In this document: positions 30,398 to 42,137 of the stretch, piece by piece
Layout: each line of letters begins with the position of its first letter
Position numbering within the stretch: the first letter of the stretch is position 1
Source: Trichoplax adhaerens
Lineage: Eukaryota; Animalia; Placozoa
Assembly (NCBI RefSeq): GCF_000150275.1
Contig: NW_002060951.1
Location: forward strand, 2,304,297-2,368,296
Reading direction: 5' to 3'
DNA length: 64,000 nt
Notes under the pieces: model-generated
Databases searched by the model: none
What the model saw: only the letters and a program-made list of their open reading frames with translations
Told to the model about the DNA's origin: nothing
Position numbers and translations under genes: made by a program

Positions 30398-32688
30398 TTA
30401 TCCCAGAATTTGTGTAATAATGCCTGTTCCAACAGTTGAATGACCATCTCGCAAGGTGAATCTTTGCTTTTCTTCGAGAGGTAAATCAGATTGAAGTGTA
30501 AAGGTTACTTCGCAGTCTTCACCTAACGTTAATACGGATCAGATATTCATTACGAAGTTAATAAAAGTGCTCATATTAAGTATATTAATTGTCAAAATAA
30601 CCAATTGCAGATTATACGTATATGCATATACATATGCATACATACGAGTATATACTGTACCTCAAATTGCTCAGACCACAGACTAAACATGAAAGAAAAA
30701 TAATGTAGTAATTTTTATACCTGGCATACACATCTCTTTGCCTGATGGTAATTCAACTCTTGCAGCTACATCAGCTGTACGAGTATATAAAACGGGTGCG
30801 TAGTTTGTAACAATCGGAGTTTTGCGGCCACCTTCCTCAGTCGATAGCATATAAAGCTAGAAGAGAGATAAATTCCAAAGAATGTGACCGTTACCAAAGT
30901 CATAAATTTTATTGCCTTCAGTTTCACGCTTCATTTACACACCTGAGCTTTAGCCTTGGTATAAGATTTGACAGTATCGGCCGCACATAGCACCATTCCT
31001 CGCTTAATGTCTTCACGCTTTATACCACGTACTAGTGCCCCCATATTATCACCAGCTTGAGCCTGATCTAAATTCTTATGAAACATTTCAATACCTGCAA
31101 TTCAAGCATAAATACTCGTGTAACTCCTACATCACAAATTTATAAAGGCGATAATATTGGTGATAAATCATGTATTCATCATAAATTACAGTACAGTATT
31201 GTTAAAGTACCTGTAATTACTGTTTTTATATTGGATTTTTTGCCAACAAATTCTGCATCACTTCCTTTCTTAATAATTCCCCGTTCTAAACAGCCAGTAA
31301 CAACGGTCCCTCGACCTGGAATACTAAACACGCCTTCAACTGGTAGTAAAAATGGTTTATCTAACTCTCTTTCAGGAATAGGTATGTGAGCATCTATAGC
31401 TTCCATTAATTTTTCGACAGACTTGACACCGAGCTCAGGATTTCGATTCTATTCATTTACAAAATCAGATTCTTTAATGTTATTGATATCTTGTATCATA
31501 AAGGTACCAAGATACGCAGATTTAAATTAGTGAATAAGTAAAGCCTTCCAACCTCTAGAGCGCATAGTGCCGATCCGATGATAACCGGAGTGTCCTCATC
31601 ATAACCATGTTCTTGGAGTAAATCTCTAATTTCTAATTCAACTAGCTCAAGCATTTCGTTATCGTCAATTGTATCTGCCTTATTAACATAAACTACCATA
31701 TGTTTGACACCAATCTAGGAAAATTACGGCAGAAATGTTAAAAAATTTAGCAGTATTGGTAACTGATCAGAGGAAATTTCGTTACGAAATGCTGTGGTAA
31801 TTAAGAAAAGGCATTACCTGTTTCGCCAACAAAACATGTTCTTTAGTTTGCGGCATAGCACCATCAGTTGCTGCAACAACTAAGATAGCTCCATCCATAC
31901 GAGCAGCCCCAGTTATCATATTCTAAAAAATAGATTGTTACCAATGTTAGGGTGCAACTGGGCAGCGCTACTTATATGCACATACCTATATCATATTGTA
32001 TATATTATAAGTATAATTGGCTATTTCAGTTAGACATTATATAAGTGTACTGTATAATTAATATAGGCAATGCTTTTTTACTATTACTAAATGTTAAATA
32101 ATTTTATACAATGAATCCAATCTACTTCGCACCTTTATGTAATCGGCATGACCAGGGCAATCAATATGTCCATAATGCCTTTGATCGGTTTCATATTCTA
32201 CGTTTGCCGTTTTAATAGTAATTCCACGTGCTTTTTCCTCAGGTGCATTATCGATTTCATCGTAGGCCTTATACTTTGCCTGCCCACGCTCTTGCAGTAC
32301 TATTTTGTAAAAGAAAGTTTAACCCCTTATTTTGTAATCCAAGCAGGTGTTTGAGTAAGATATTTATTTCGTATTTAGTATATAATTGGCGAACTGCTGT
32401 AGTAGCTTGACGGTATAATATATCCTGTATTATTATATTACTATCATTTTTTGATAATTGATAGAGTATAATCGTACGATATTCAGTAAAATATGGGAAT
32501 GATCCAATGTACAGTAGAGTGCAATACGAGGGTAAGTTTTTATTATACTCGTAATTGAATTCTCTTACATTTAGTTATTGCTGCCGTTAAGGAGGTTTTG
32601 CCATGATCGACATGGCCAATGGTGCCAATATTAATATGCGGTTTATCCCTGGAATAAGTCTTCTTGGCATCTGCTGACATTGCCCGAA
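30398..32688 (-). CDS. TUFM: Mitochondrial-type elongation factor Tu, paralog B (5' end uncertain; possible extra exons near 33204-33242 and ATG 33404)
   Basis: [88 protein letters not shown]; TAA 30400-30398. All seven core introns fall at the same codon positions as in paralog A. Confidence 0.93.
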
Positions 32689-34059
32689 CTGCAATTACAA
32701 TATTACGAAATTTAATATATATCTTAATGTATAAGTCTAACCACGATATGTCGCCTATTGCAGATATGCCTATTCTTCATTTACTGTAATAGCGCTCTAT
32801 TCATACTACTTTGATAAAAGTTAATGAATAAGTGGAAAAAATATTTCACATTATATCTTTTACATCTTTTTATCTTTTTTTTTATAGGTTATACAATATT
32901 GCCATGAAAACGTATACACGTTCGTAGTGTTACAATATGATATACGTCCAAAATAATGGTACAAGCTGCGCATTGATACATACTCGTATCTACGACTGTA
33001 AACAGTATCTTAACATACAGTAAGCAATTCATTAAGTAATCGTTGTTACAGTAAAGTATGCGTATATCCTTTACTTGCAATCAATTTCACGGAGCACAGG
33101 TACACCTGTTAACTATGACTCGTGCGTACACGTCATACGGTATTCAATATCAACTAGAAATTTGTAAAGAAATAGCAAATATGTATAATTGTGTTATACA
33201 GTACCAGCAATATTCCTAAGCTTGCCGTTCAGGAACGAAAACCTATGGGCTTGATAAGATATAATTGATAACAAATTAAAATTATACCCAGCAATCTACA
33301 ATATCAGTTTACATTTTACACGTGCTACAGCATCTCTCCAAGATAGTTGATAGACAATACAGTACAGTACTGTACATTCAACACGCTCTATGGCGAAAAA
33401 ACATGGATACTTTCGATCAAGATTCTATTTTGTTTAGGCCAATGTTATAAATGTGTGCAAACTTTGGAAGCATAGAAGTCAGAAGATTGCATAATACTGT
33501 AAGGTTAGTACAATAGTATCGCAGTGCAATATACAGTCAACATAGTCATACAGAAACTCCTTAATGAAACTGTTGATCCTCATCCTCTCTCCCTACAATA
33601 CAGTACAGTAAAGACAACATACGGGCATACATTCTGTCGTTGCCAACTTTGTAAAAGTATTTTACACAAAATACAACACTAGCAATGGACGAAGAGATCA
33701 GTCGATTTTACACACGTTGCATGCTCTACGATGTACAGTACCTATCCTACCTACTGAACCAGCCCGGCAAGTTATGGCTCCTAATTGCAACGCTAATGTT
33801 GTTGTCATGATGCAGAATGCAGACGGAGCTGCAAGTTACTCTATTACGATGAAGGATAAAGTTGTAGCTTTGATAATAACCAGCTCGAAACCGGTAGTAG
33901 TTATTAAATGGCCGACCACCTGTACGACAGTTTGTGACGATGAAGAACTTCAAGATCAGAACCAATGATTTTTATGGTACTATACAGTACAGCGTGTGCA
34001 GTAGGGTACAGTCACGATATATTAATTAATCGAACGCTGATGTACTGTGCCGTACATCA

Positions 34060-35180
34060 TACTGTACACTATACTAAAGTTAACGGCTGTTTGTTGCCCA
34101 AAATGTGGAGCTGATTGCGGTGCAGTACATGGACTGTACACCGTACAGTTAGTACTGTACGATGTGAGCCAGTGCTATTAGGCAATATAAATTGTAGTAG
34201 AGCTGCAAAATTTGCCTCAAATTTTATATTAGCTTACAGTACTCTTACTCTAATTCCAACTGGTTCACACTGATGTGAGCCAGTTCTATTTAGACTGCTA
34301 TTAAGCAAAATAAATTGTAGTAAAGCTGCAAAATTTGCCTCAAATTCTATACATACAGATAGTGTACTTTAGTACACACTGTCATACTGTACACTATACT
34401 AAAGTTAACGGCTGTTTGTTGCCCAAAATGAGGAGCTGATTGCTGTGCAGTACATGGACTATACAGTTAGTACTGTACCGTATTGTACTGTACGATGTGA
34501 GCCAGTGCTATTAGGCAATATAAATTGTAGTAGAGCTGCAAAATTTGCCTTAAATTTTATATTAGCTTACAGTACTCTTACTCTAATTCCAACTGGTTCA
34601 CACTGATGTGAGCCAGTTCTATTTAGAGTGCTATTAGGCAAAATAAATTATAGTAAAGCTGCAAAATTTGCCTCAAATTCTATACATAAAGATAGTGTAC
34701 TTTAGTACACACTGTCATACTGTACACTATACTAAAGTCAACGGCTGTTTGTTGCCCAAAATGTGGAGCTGATTGCTGTGCAGTACATGGACTGTACAGT
34801 TAGTACTGTACCGTATTGTACTGTACGATGTGAGCCAGTGCTATTAGGCAAATTAAATTGTAGTAAAGCTGCAAAGTTTGCCTCAAATTCTATACATACA
34901 GATAGTGTACTGTACTTTAGTACACACTGTCATACTAAAGTCAACGGCTGTTTGTTGCCCAAAATGAGGAGCTGATTGCTGTGCAGTACAGTACATGGAC
35001 TGTACAGTTAGTACTGTACCGTATTGTACTGTACGATGTGAGCCAGTGCTATTAGGCAAAATAAATTATAGTAAAGCTGCAAAATTTGCCTCAAATTCTA
35101 TACATACAGTCATACTGTACACTACAGTATACTAAAGTCAATGGCTGTTTGTTGCCCAAAATGAGGAGCTGATTGCGGTA
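34060..35180. repeat. Complex tandem repeat array (about 200-bp unit with an optional roughly 123-bp subunit)
   Basis: TACTAAAGT(T/C)AACGGCTGTTTGTTGCCCAAAATG recurs at 34072, 34397, 34730, 34933 and 35130 (periods 325, 333, 203, 197). Confidence 0.92.
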
Positions 35181-35492
35181 CAGTACTGTACTGTACTGTA
35201 CATAGACTGTACAGTGTACACTGTGTACAGTTAGTACTGTACCGTATTGTACTGTACAGTATTGTACAGTACAGTATAGTGTACTATAGTACACACTGTA
35301 CAGTACTGCATCGATCGGACTGGAGTCGTAGTGGATTTTTTCGGGTACACCGTACACTGTACTGTATACCGGTAGTCCATGACGTAGTACTGTAGACGGT
35401 TCAAATTTCCTTACGAATATTCTCGAACATTATCTGCCATTAATTTATTTTGCCTTAGACTTCGTGATTAACGATTAATAATTTCAATCGGT

Positions 35493-35572
35493 ATGCCAGA
35501 TATTAAAGGTGTAAGGAAATCCGTAATAAGGCCTGGCAATGGTATTCCATTGGAGTTATTCACCGGTAGTAA
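35493..35572 (+). other. Second copy of AIP exon 1, truncated by the assembly gap
   Basis: MPDIKGVRKSVIRPGNGIPLELFTGS is near identical to 36924-37003 (a synonymous AGG/AGA difference) and abuts the N run. Confidence 0.85.
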
Positions 35573-35622
35573 NNNNNNNNNNNNNNNNNNNNNNNNNNNN
35601 NNNNNNNNNNNNNNNNNNNNNN
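35573..35622. other. Assembly gap (50 N)
   Basis: Run of N in the sequence. Confidence 1.
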
Positions 35623-36640
35623 GTACATGGACTGTACACCGTACAGTTAGTACTGTACCGTATTGTACTGTACTGTACTGTACGATGTGAGCCAGTGCTA
35701 TTAGGCAATATAAATTGTAGTAAAGCTGCAAAATTTGCCTCAAATTTTATATTAGCTTACAGTACTCTTACTCTAATTCCAACTGGTTCACACTGATGTG
35801 AGCCAGTTCTATTTAGAGTGCTATTAGGCAAAATAAATTGTAGTAAAGCTGCAAAAGTTTGCCTCAAATTCTATACATACAGATAGTGTACTTTAGTACA
35901 CACTGTCATACTAAAGTCAACGGCTGTTTGTTGCCCAAAATGAGGAGCTGATTGCTGGACTGTACAGTTAGTACTGTACCGTATTGTACTGTACTGTACG
36001 ATGTGAGCCAGTGCTATTAGGCAAAATAAATCGTAGTAAAGCTGCAAAATTTGCCTCAAATTTTATATTAGCTTACAGTACTCTTACTCTAATTCCAACT
36101 GGTTCACACTGATGTGAGCCAGTTCTATTTAGAGTGCTATTAGGCAAAATAAATTGTAGTAAAGCTGCAAAATTTGCTTCAAATTTTATATTAGCTTACA
36201 GTACTCTTACTCTAATTCCAACTGGTTCACACTGATGTGAGCCAGTTCTATTTAGAGTGCTATTAGGCAAAATAAATTGTAGTAAAGCTGCAAAATTTGC
36301 TTCAAATTTTATATTAGATTACAGTACTCTTACTCTAATTCCAACTGGTTCACACTGATGTGAGCCAGTTCTATTTAGAGTGCTATTAGGCAAAATAAAT
36401 TGTAGTAAAGCTGCAAAATTTGCTTCAAATTTTATATTAGATTACAGTACTCTTACTCTAATTCCAACTGGTTCACACTGATGTGAGCCAGTTCTATTTA
36501 GAGTGCTATTAGGCAAAATAAATTGTAGTAAAGCTGCAAAATTTGCCTCAAATTCTATACATACAGATAGTGTACTTTAGTACACACTGTCATACTAAAG
36601 TCAACGGCTGTTTGTTGCCCAAAATGAGGAGCTGATTGCT
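35623..36640. repeat. Tandem array of the same family, including a run of 123-bp units
   Basis: GATGTGAGCCAGTTCTATTTAGAGTGC recurs at 36111, 36234, 36357 and 36480 (period 123); the 200-bp unit start is seen at 35909 and 36593. Confidence 0.92.
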
Positions 36641-36923
36641 GTACAGTACATAGACTGTACACTGTGTACAGTTAGTACTGTACCGTATTGTACTGTATTG
36701 TACTGTATAGCGTACTATAGTACACACTGTACTGCATCGATCGGACTGGAGTCGTAATGGATTTTTTCGGGTACACCGTACACTGTACAGTACAGTATAC
36801 CGGTAGTCCATGACGTACTACTGTAGACGGTTCAAATTTCCTTACGAATATTCTCGAACATTATCTGCCATTAATTTATTTTGCCTTAGACTTCGTGATT
36901 AACGATTAATAATTTCAATCGGT

Positions 36924-39269
36924 ATGCCAGATATTAAAGGTGTAAGGAAATCCGTAATAAGACCTGGCAATGGTATTCCATTGGAGTTATTCACCGGTAG
37001 TAAGGTACAAAACCAATTAGATATTGATACCGAATTTGGAAAGCAATAGAGAAAGAAAGAATTAGATAGGATAGCTTTACACTTTATATTATTATTTTAC
37101 GGTTATATTAAGACGAGCAATCATCTACAACTCGGTATGTGTACTCGTATGACATGTGTCGTTGGAATTATGCATAACCAACTAGTATAGGTAACATGTC
37201 TAATGACTATCATTATGCATAGTAACTGTCTATTCATAGTTCCGATGACATATGCAGATATGCACGTATTGTAAAATAAGTACACATATACTCGTATAAT
37301 GATCGCATATCGAAGTATGATAAGTCTTAGCAGTAAAATATTCGTACAACGAACGTATCTTTATACTGTATCTTCCTTTTAACATCAATTTTACTATTAA
37401 CGGTATTTTACAACCACACTAACTACGGACGAAGTTAAAATATCAGACTAAGAATTGCTCGATAATTGATATACTGTGTCAGTAACATGCTATTACTCGA
37501 GTACATTCACTACCTAATGTAGTGTATACTGTACTAGTTTTCGCTGGTGTATAAACTACACAACTACCTTACCGATTCATTTCTATCAAATGCACTACCA
37601 TTAGTAAGAGATTGCTACATACAGTATAATAATACAGCATGTTAATATCATGCCCGAAGATAGTTATTCTCTGTACTTTAAAATGCAAGATTGCCATAAT
37701 ATCGAAATGACAAAAGAATATTATTTTGCTTTCATCTATCAGAGTAGAGATACTAACATTATATCACATTGAGACTTTTTAAGTTTATACGATTCCCTAC
37801 TGACCCCACATAGGTGACAACCAGCAGTTGCAATACTTTATATTAAATTTCTCAGATGAAATTAGCAATTATTGTAGGTCTATTACAACTGTTGAGATGA
37901 ACACTATATTATGCTCAATAAATGCATTTACGAAATACAAGTTTGCCCTGATACATATGACTACGTATTTTATAATTGTAGGTGACTTTCCATTTTAAGA
38001 CAATCACCTTAGATGAAAGCAGAACTGTTATCGATGATAGTCGACAGATGGGAGAACCATTTGAATTGTTGTACGGCCGGCAATTTAAATTGGATATATG
38101 GGAACAAGTGATTCCAGAAATGACTGTTAATGAACTGTCATCATTTGCTTGCGATAAAGAGGTGAAACCAAGAAGCATTCCGATGTTCACTTATTTCACA
38201 AACAGTAGTCGTCAATGTATGACGTGTTCATGGTTTACTTTTGTAATAGTATAAAAGTAATTTTATAGTCTCTTAACTGATCCTCTAATTAAATTGCACG
38301 TAATTATTTGGAAATCCTTGATACCACGTCATAATGCTGCTATGAAGTCATGTCGTTACTTTTCTATCGATATCACATAAATTTCACGTACGTTCGAGTG
38401 CTAGGATTATGAAGGACTACGTTTATGTAGTCTTATTGTCATGAAAAACAGCAATTAATATGATTTTAATTTTACTAGCTGGTACTCAGCTATCCTCTTG
38501 TATCAAAAAGTATACGAGATCACATAAAGAAAAAGAAGGATCCAGGAGCTGAAATAGTTGATGGTAGCAGATGTTGCGCTTCTTCCTCCGGCTACGGATA
38601 TGCAGATCTAGATAAATTATCCACAGATAGACTTGGTTAGCATATTAAATGGGTCAATATAACATAATATCTTTAACAGCCATTAACATTGCATACTGAT
38701 ATGATTTAATAGGTTTAGTGTTCGAAATTGAATTGCTTAAGGTAGAAAAGCATGGAGAATACAAAAGCGAAGTCTGGCAAATGACTCCTGAGGAGAAATT
38801 AGCTGCGTTGCCTGGTTACAAGCTTGAAGGCAACAAGTATTATCAAGAAAGAAAATATTCTAAAGCGGCAGATAAATACGCTGTTGCTTTAGGTTGCATA
38901 GAACAACTATTATTGAAAGAGAAACCTGGTGAACCTGAGTTCAAAGCATTAGAATTAAAAAAATTGCCGTTCCTTTTGAATTACTCTCAATGTAAATTGT
39001 GCTTGGGTGAATATTATGAAGCAGCCGAGCATTTATCGACGGTGATGGAGATTGATCCCAATAATGTTAAGGCATATTACAGACGAGGCAAGGCTAATAG
39101 AAAGCTATGGAAGATGGAAGAATCTCGAAGCGATTTCAGTAAAGCAACCGAATTAGATCCAACTCTACAAGGAGCTGTAAATAAAGAATTACAACTAATA
39201 GATGAAATACAAAAAGACCACTATCAAGAGATGAAAGCAAAGTATCAAGGAAAAGGTATGTTTGCTTAA
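36924..39269 (+). CDS. AIP: AH receptor-interacting protein (FKBP-like + TPR), 4 exons (36924-37004, 37982-38161, about 38479-38635, 38713-39269)
   Basis: GVRKSVIRPGNG..GSK|VTFHFKT..VIDDSRQMGEPFELLYGRQFKLDIWE, YPLVSKSIRD..RCC..GYADLD, FEIELLKVE..WQMTPEEK, LKEKPGEPEF..PFLLNYSQCKL, NVKAYYRRGKA are AIP/AIPL1 hallmarks. Confidence 0.95.
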
Positions 39270-41093
39270 GTTACGTTTATCTTGGATTATTATATTATAA
39301 ATTTGCTGAACTAGCCAAAAATTGAAATCGTTGCAACCAATGTGTAAATAGGACAATTTATCATAGGTACTGTTTTTGGATGTGACTGTTTAATGTTGAA
39401 TAGTAGACTTTAATTTTCATCCCCTCTTCAGTAAACGTTGCTAGTGATCTTAATGATTGATTAAATTTATTTAAGTTTCCATTATTCAGTTGCCAAGGGG
39501 GTTAGTATTTTCCAATAGCGATTGTTACGTGTTATCTTATTTTATAACAGTTTCCAATATACTGATATGTTTGTGACTTTCATCGTATCATATGTATAAC
39601 CTTTATATTATTAAATGCTAGTGCATATGTGTAGTGTTCTTAATTATTCCATTTCTCATACTATGCGTACAAATTCAAAAAATATCCGATACGAATTTTA
39701 TTGATAATTATAATTGTATTAGTTGTAATTCTTACAGCGGCTAAAAATAAAATGTACATTAACGTCATCTTATTCAACCGTAAGATTTTCGATCAAACTG
39801 GAAAGTTCAATTGGAGTAAATATCTGTGAACCACAGCAGTCTGATAGCAGTCCATAAATATACAATTTTAAATATTGACGACCTAAAAATTTATATAATG
39901 AAGACGTCTGCTCTTACGATATAGTAAACAGTAGGCGTGATAGCCATAATTTTTAATAGCTTTAATGATGTTAACGCTTTAAATATCAGTATTACTTATA
40001 AAATTGTAGTAGCTACGTACTCCAATCTATCCTGAGCGGTATTTACTTTCAAAAACTATTTGCACTGTGAGCGGTGTGAGCTAATTGCTAATGCAATATT
40101 GTGAACGATCACATACATGCTAATTCAGTATAGTACCGCAATACGTCTGATCAGACAAGTTTTATTTACTGACAGCAATTCTTACATTTTAGAGACTTGA
40201 CTTTGAGTTCGGAATACCTTAGAGTAGATTCTTGCTAGCAGTTAATTATTGCTCTACTATTCTTAAACTTTGTAATAAAAGCCTTTTCTTAAATTCTCTC
40301 TTGACTAAGACAAATATTGTGAGATACTTTTATTATACGACCGTGTAAAGGAAAATGAAATATTCTCCATACTGTCTTAACAGAACCAACATATCCTGTG
40401 TTAGTAAAAGTTTTCGCTCCATCTATAACATCTTCATGTAATTTATCGATTTCAGCTTGAGCCTGTTTGGTCTTATCATTTACTATGCAAATACTGCGTG
40501 GGATATAGTATCATAGGTGTTTTTATTTATCGAGAATAAAGTCCCTATTAACATTTCCTTTAATCGTATGATCAGATCTGATTGATTGAAATTTCTAATT
40601 CTAAAAATAACGCATTGAAGATTACCAAGAATTATGAAATCATCCTGTTTTGTATCTTTATGTCTACAGTAAACGAGTATATGAGTACAGTATATATCTA
40701 TGTATAGGTAATTAATACTTTACAGGTACTAATTTCGAAAATCTATCAATCACTAGTAATATAGCGTATTATTGCAACAGATGGTCATAATTTAGTTATT
40801 TAATTCTTAAAATATTTTGGATAATAGGTATAATATTTACTTTTTCTCTTAAATCACTGTGCAACAGGATTCTAAAACTGACGGTAAATAAGTAACAGCA
40901 GGAATCTGCGGTACAAACTAAGTTATTTCGTAATAATTGAGGTCATGTTGCACTACAGCGATATACGCATGCCATTCAATCTGACTATAGTAATATACAG
41001 TGAGTTATTAGTCATGAAAGGAAAATTAAACGTAATATTATACTAAATATTAGTAGTGATGTTATTTTAATATTATTAATGTAGAGTTTTCAC

Positions 41094-41407
41094 TTTTGGT
41101 AAGAGTTGTTTGAGGTTTAAAATAGTCTTAAATGAGGTCATGCAGTTACTCTTTAGGGCAAGTGTACCTGATACCACCCAATATTATAGGTACTCGTATA
41201 AATGTACAGTATAGCAAGCCTAATGATCAATGTCTACTTTATGCATTAATCATTCGACGAAATTCGTAATTGAAAACTATTGATCGTTGATCGAATAACT
41301 TTTTACTAGGTACTGTATTGTAATTCGTATACGAATATACCAGTAACGTAAGCCATGGTTACTGAAGCAATAGCATAAGGTGGTGCCTGTCCGTCGTAAA
41401 GCTTCGT
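41094..41407 (-). CDS. Two in-phase exons of a candidate unannotated gene, OCIA-domain-like; full extent uncertain (perhaps about 40260-41570)
   Basis: Exons 41407-41341 and 41167-41094 have AG/GT flanks and join in phase 1 to give TKLYDGQAPPYAIASVTMAYVTGTLALKSNCMTSFKTILNLKQLLPK. This fits the OCIA pattern M-x-Y-x-x-G-x-L-x5-C-x3-F-K as recalled from OCIAD1. The flanking exons do not chain cleanly. Confidence 0.35.
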
Positions 41408-42137
41408 CTAAATATTCTAATATAACTCATACTATAATATTGTATACCATACAGTGTTAACGCGTATTTTCTTATTATAATAATAATTTTTGGTTACTAA
41501 CCAACTACTACACACCCAGTTGAGCGCCATTACTATAAACTCTAGCTGTACTGCTCCTGATAATAACTACAACCTGTATTCCCATGTTTTATAGCGCATC
41601 ACATAGAGTGCGTTTGCACATTTTGTAATATTTATGATTCACGGTATTATTGAATTTGTTTTCTTTAATTTATCCAACAAGCATTATTTAAAAATTTACT
41701 AACGTCTACGCTACAATTACACTCAATTTCCATTTTCCATATACGCGTATTGTGTAATGTATACGAATATTTATTATTTCAATTTATCAGTTAAAGTAAC
41801 TACAGACCACAGTACAGATTATAGATAGAATTATGAATGTACAATTGGTGATATATCTGCAATCCAGATTTAACTACGCCAGAGCATCTAATCGGCTAAT
41901 GTGTAGATTAAATATAATGTACTATTCTTGTCATTTTTACTGAAGTAACACATGGAATGAATATTGTAATAACTCTTTAGTACTGTACATTTGGCAAACA
42001 GTAAATTAGTAAGCATATAGTATTTTATAGTTAAATTGTTAATATTCAACTTTTGTAGTATTAGTTGCCATATTCCTGACGAATTCCGTTTCTATATTGA
42101 AATTATCACCAGGTATTTCTAATATCACGGGTCGATA

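Noticed and set aside
30398-32688. EF-Tu B as a horizontal transfer from, or contamination by, a Rickettsiales endosymbiont ([10 protein letters not shown] motif)
   Set aside because: It has seven spliceosomal introns at the same positions as the neighbouring nuclear paralog and an animal-mitochondrial-like EMFHK.
34060-36640. CRISPR-like array (recurring conserved units with hairpins)
   Set aside because: The intervening sequences are themselves repeated rather than unique spacers, there are no cas genes, and the context is eukaryotic.
34763-36811. ORF-track entries rich in YCTV/TVQYS (also 27067-27285, 44421-44672, 51222-51621, 62328-62612)
   Set aside because: They are translations of the pentamer mosaic and tandem repeats, not proteins.
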